Under the pieces are notes generated by a model. That model had not been told where the DNA came from. It ran no database searches and saw only the letters and a program-made list of their open reading frames with translations. 64,000 nt of DNA, taken from Chrysemys picta bellii. Taxonomy: Eukaryota. The first letter of the stretch is position 1. Each line of letters begins with the position of its first letter. The stretch is taken from the NCBI RefSeq assembly GCF_011386835.1, contig NC_088794.1:1984001-2048000 (forward strand), read 5' to 3'. Shown piece after piece: positions 47,266 through 64,000 of this stretch. Made by a program: the position numbers and the translations under genes.

Positions 47266-49147
47266 AGTCCAGATGTTCCCTGCCCCACCGGGGGTCTGTA
47301 GCGCCTGCAAAGCGGGGCCCCGTGTCCTGTTCCCATTGGTAACTATCCAGCCGTCCATTCATTGCCCACCAGACGTACCCGCTGTGAACATCCGCGGACC
47401 CCTCACAGCGACTCCTGCACCCCGAGTCATGGGCGTCAAGTGTCAACAGTGAACGGCCTCGTAGCTACGCTGTGGATGGCCCAGCTCTCCGCGTCACGTA
47501 GGAACGGTGAACGCAGACCAACAGGGCCAGACGGCACCGACGGGGTCTGTTGGTGGCCGGTCCATACAGGGCCGGTCCGTACCGAAGCAATGACTACCTT
47601 CACAGAGCTACATACATCCCTGCCCTCCAGCAGGGCACTGGCAGAGATCTGCCCCAGCAAAGTTCCTTTCAGTTTCCTGACCTTGATAATGAATAAATGA
47701 CATGATTAATTTTGCTAATAACTATTCCTAATAGAAGCCCCACTTGCAGGATAACGGACTTCGTGCTAATACAGCTAATAACAAATAATGCCTAATAAAC
47801 TCCCAGTAATGAATGACAATACTGGCACGGCGTCCAGGACTACGTAGCAGCCACAATGTGCTGAGGAAACCAACCCAAATCACAGTGATTGTGACCCGTA
47901 ACTGCGGGAGACAACGAACCCGAAGGTCGGCACGTAAACAAGGCGGCCTCCCGGAATATTGGGACAGAAATAAGGAATACAGTGAGATTTAACATAACAT
48001 GAGAGTTGCCTAAATATGGCCTAAAGCAGGAGATTCGGTCACGGAATGATTTCATCCCAACCAATCAGAACGATAACGAATTCGTACCCTCGTGCTGAAG
48101 CTAATTGTGCTAATAAATAATAGGACGTATATTAAGATCTCCAGTAAATGTTAACAAGCCCACAAAGAAATCCACATGAAGGCCTTCAAATGCAAAATGG
48201 ATTCAGTTTGCTCATGGGCCCGTTGCTTTGGCAGACGATGGTCGAATGGGATCCGACGGTGGACGGAGCCAGACGCCGTCAGCCTGGAAATCAGGGATCG
48301 GCTGTTAACAGGGAGGGGACAAACCGAGCAAGGCTCAGGCTGGCCAGTTCTTCTCAAAGATCTGCTCAGGAAGTCTTTGGGGGTAGGTCTCTCCCAACCT
48401 GGACCCCCCGGACTGGTCTATGTTTTCCAAAGGGCCCTGCATCTCCATTCGAAATTTGTTAAGGGCCAGAAACAAATGAAGGCTGAGAAGCACTGCTCTA
48501 AGAGAAACCCGAGACCGTCCTGCATAACGGACAGCATGTCTCCCCATCGGAAAAACGGGATCATGGCATCCACTTCCTTTACACCACGCTCTGTGACCTG
48601 CGCAGGAAAAGGCCTTGGTAAAAACTGGAGATCGTTATTCTTGGTGTCAATGGATTTGGTTGATTTCTGTTCGGCTTCTCAAACTATGGACTATGGTTTC
48701 CGATTGTTACTCGTGCAAGTCACCCAATGGACGCATTTTGCCATTACTTCTGGGACTGTTCCACATGGTTATTGTTCATTGTCAAACTACTCCGAGGACT
48801 TGTCTACATGGGGATAGCCATGAAAGTGAATCCGAATTAACTAAAGCGGATGAAGTAAACCACACCTGTGTGGATGCTTTCAATCGGGCTTGGTCTACGT
48901 GACAAGGTCAGGTTGACATTTGTCACCTTGCGTCCACCTATTTGTGCATGTCTACACTCAAATTTGTCTCCATCTGGCAGCGACACGGTACAGAACCTCC
49001 CAGAATGGCCTTGACTCTTAATGTGGTCTTACACTGAATTAAGGCCGCTTAGGGTTTGAATTAAGATGTTTACATAGGGTTTAATCCAGTTTAACTCATC
49101 CACTTCCAAGTCACACCTTTAGCTATTTCCGATTACTTTTCCTGGTG

Positions 49148-49368
49148 TAGGGTGACCAGACGTCCTGATAAAATAGGGACCATCCCGATTTTTCGGTGTT
49201 TGTCCCGCGTCCTGACTGATCTCTGGTCGGGATACAATTTGTCTCAATATTTTGCTCCACTGACGTTTTTTTTCCCCTCTGCCGGCAGCACTCAGGTTTT
49301 TTTTTTGCTCCGCCGGCGACCCCCTCCCCGGTGTCCCGATATTTTCTTCCTCTCATCTAGTCACCCTA
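49148..49368. mobile_element. hAT-type MITE (~221 bp)
   Basis: TIRs TAGGGTGACCAGA / TCTAGTCACCCTA with a near-matching 8-bp flank (tcctggtg / cctgggtg). Confidence 0.7.
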
Positions 49369-51924
49369 CCTGGGTGTCCCTGTGGACAAGCCCAGCATTG
49401 CTAGGATTGTGCTTAGCACTTTTCCAATGATACAGAAAAGAAATTCTGTTTTTCTTCTTAAAATCCATTTGAATGCTGTAATGTCGCATCCCGATTTTGA
49501 AGAGAAGAGAACTCCCAGACCTACAGACCCGGGCCATGGCCCAGGAGTGACGAAGAATTCTAGGCACCTCTAGCCCCATGTCAATGGGAAAAGGAATGGA
49601 GAAGTGAAGTGAATTTAGCACCGTTAGAAGATGCCTACTATTCAAATGACAGTCTGCTCTCGGCATATGAGCCAATCAGAATGGTAAGAAATATGGTTAT
49701 TTCTGGTATTTACCAGCTGGAAAATGCCCTGAATAATAACCGAAAACTGGGCGTTACCAATTGCTCAGGTCGAGGTGAACTTCCGGGGGTGGGGGAGCAA
49801 CGGATCGGCTTGCCCCTGGTGCCCCAGACGTCCGGTGAGGGCGCCGTGTTGTGGTGAGCACAAACCTGCTGCCAACATCCCCTCGCTGGGTGGGTTGAGC
49901 CTTTCGGCTGCGGGTCCAGCCCCCAGTTCTTGGTGGGCGCTTGTGCAGCATTAGCCCCGACGTTCCCCTGCGAGAGCCTGCGGTAAAATCCCCCCATGGC
50001 CAGCCACGTAACTGCCCCGCAGCCAGGCGGGCCAAGCGGGCACGTGCAGAGGGCGGCGGGCGAGGTACGTTTGCGGCACTGGAGGGGAAAGCCGACGGCA
50101 GAAGAACACGAGGCAGAAAACTAAGGTCATTGGTTACGTCTACACTACGAGCACTGCACCGGCACAGCGGCAGGTACTGCTTCCATTTTCTCTCGGGATG
50201 CTCCACTTCCTGAGGCAGCCGGAGCTGGGCCAAGGGCAGATTTCCTCCACCCACGTCGCCGCGTCTGCGCTGAACTGCGCGGAAGGATTCGATTTTGCTC
50301 AGCACCTACTCGATTTCACCGCGCCCACCCCAGTCCCAACGCAGACCCACTTCCCGTGAGAATCGCTGGCGCGCCCGCCACACATAGGGAGAAACGTGCC
50401 GCCTGAGACGATATTACCATCTGATGTCCGGTTATCGGACCGGGGGCCGGGCCCATTTTGATAAGGCGTTCGCGTTTGGAATCTCAAATCGGTTTTGTCT
50501 GACCCCCTCCCCCGTTTCTTGTGACCGGGAACGTGGAAATAGATACAAAGTCGTGCTGAAAATCCCTCATTTCGGGCCACTTGGCAAATTAATTTGAAAG
50601 AAAAACAATCTTAAAAATAAACCTTGTTATTGTCCGGCGAAATGCTACAAAACTAGACCCTCAGGACGGCCCTGGGGTGTGTGTGTGAATGTGAGCTGTG
50701 TTCAGTGCAAACCTGTGTGTGGCGGGCCCGGGTCCTATCCGCCCCCCATTTCCGAACACGAGCACTGAGATCAGGAGTCACCCCAAACCCATGAGCAGAC
50801 GGTCCCACCAGCTAAGAGTTAGGTGAATATGGCTGGTCCCAAGGCCAGTGGGAGTTAGGAGCTAAAGGATGGTTGAGTATCTGGGCCATGAATGGTTTGA
50901 TGCCTGGCACAGAAGAGCAAGTCCTGAGCTCGGCCGGCAACCGCTGGAGAGAGGACGATTGGCTCAGGGCTGCCGGGGCCTGGCCACCTCACTGCTCCAG
51001 TCACGTACCCCGGGGCCCCCCGCAGAACGTCCCCGTTCACCCCATCAGACAGAGCGGGTCAGTGCTGGGGGGGCAGGCGGGGATTTGAGAGGGTCAGTCT
51101 TGGGGGGGCTGAATTTGGGGGATCTCACTGGGCTCCCCCTGCTGTGGTCCTCACTTTTGGAGGATCACAGGGCCCCTGGTGCACATGGTCTGGCCTTGGT
51201 GTGTGGGACGGGGGGCAGATGGGGCTGGGGAGACCAGACGGGGGACGTGAGGGGGCTGCAGATCGGGTCCTGTGCTGGGGGGCAGGTTCCTGCAGCCCCG
51301 TGGCAAGGCTGGGCTTTGCACTCGGAACCGACGGGGGTCCTGATTCGGGGGGAGCCCACCAGGGAGACAGCGGCATGGATTGCCCTCGGCAGGGCCGAAA
51401 GCGAAGCGCCCGGCCTGGTGCGACAGTCGCACTAGTGTTTCCTACGGCATTGCAGCGGCAGGGAAACGGCTCTAGGTCGTGATTGCAGAGACCTCGCCAA
51501 AGGCCTGAGAGGTTTCTCCCGCATGGCACCGGGCGGAAAAGTGGCGTTTCTGCTGCACTGTCTGTAGCTGACTGGGTGGGGGGGCCTGCATTGGGGTTTG
51601 CATTCAGAAGACGGAGGCGGCTGGCGCCCAGCACCGAGGCATTTCTGCTGTGAAGCGGGCAGGGGACTCCAGCGGGCTGCGGCGCCGAAGGGACGCAGAG
51701 CAGAGTGAAGCTGGGACCTGAGCCCGAAGGACCCAGGGGGTTCCATTGCAAAGTGACACCCCTGGGCGGGGGGGGGGGTGCAGGTAAGGAGCGGAAATCT
51801 TGGCTACCTGGTGCCTCTGGCTTGCAGGGACATGCGGCAGCGATTGCCCGGATAACAGCCAGAGCGGGATGGGTCCTGCCAAATAGCAGAGGCTTGGGAA
51901 TCTGTCCTCCTGCGGGGGGGGGGG

Positions 51925-52210
51925 GGGGGCGCTGTGTGTTGGGGGCGCTGTGTGCTGCGGGGGGGGGCAGCGCTGTGTGTTGGGGGGCGCTGTGTGCTGC
52001 GGGGGGGGGCAGCGCTGTGTGTTGGGGCGCTGTGTGCTGCGGGGGGGGCAGCGCTGTGTGTTGGGGGCGCTGTGTGCTGCGGGGGGGGCAGCGCTGTGTG
52101 TTGGGGGCGCTGTGTGCTGCGCGCGGGGGGGTCGGCGCTGTGTGTTGGGGGGGTCGGCGCTGTGTGTTGGGGGCGCTGTGTGTTGGGGGGGCAGCGCTGT
52201 GTACTGCGGG
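51925..52210. repeat. gcgctgtgtg(t/c)tg-G-run repeat upstream of SEZ6L2
   Basis: About 13 short units. Confidence 0.85.
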
Positions 52211-52463
52211 GGGGGGAGGTTCTGGTTGTGCAGCACAAGGCACCGGGGAAGGGAGCTGCTGGGGGTAGTTTGCAGCAAACCCCCCCCCAGCCCGAGCCGG
52301 TCGCGCTTTGCCTCGCAGAGGCGCAGGTGTCTGGCCGGCAGCCGGGGGCGTTCGCCTCGCCGAGCCCCGCTCCGCTCCGCTCCCCAGCACTGGCTGCAGC
52401 GCCCGCCCCCCGCCGGGAAGGAAAGCGCCAGAAAAGGTATTCGCAGGTCTGAAGAAACCCACC

Positions 52464-64000
<11,537 letters not shown>

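Noticed and set aside
48770-50300. gtctacac motifs suggesting more Harbinger MITEs (48790, 48950, 50135)
   Set aside because: Only one terminus was found for each, with no paired TIR or TSD, so boundaries cannot be supported.
46400-52460. REST/NRSE site expected near neuronal SEZ6L2/ASPHD1
   Set aside because: No convincing match to TTCAGCACCnnGGACAG was found by eye on either strand.

Overview
Very GC-rich vertebrate genomic DNA, probably turtle. This is inferred from the CR1 with a (TTCTTATG)n tail, the tRNA-derived SINE and Harbinger/hAT MITEs. The window is syntenic with human 16p11.2. Spliced genes rebuilt by hand from GT/AG junctions, with frame continuity checked, are: TAOK2 (-, 16 coding exons, alpha isoform ~1225 aa), TMEM219 (-), KCTD13 (+), ASPHD1 (-) and SEZ6L2 (+, partial, interrupted by a 500-N gap). 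Between TMEM219 and KCTD13 lies an extra intact 4-exon gene (-, ~302 aa) with NUFIP2 signature motifs and NUFIP2-like exon structure. It is probably a whole-genome-duplication paralog absent from human 16p11.2, and a dense E-box/CLEAR cluster lies upstream of it. Introns and intergenic DNA are filled with minisatellites, several of which are tandem copies of exon-end plus splice-donor junctions. Mobile DNA includes a ~4.1-kb decayed CR1 LINE carrying a Penelope hammerhead-like insert, two solo LTRs, MITEs and a SINE. Most long ORFs in the supplied track are repeat artefacts. Comparisons to human proteins are from memory, not from database searches.
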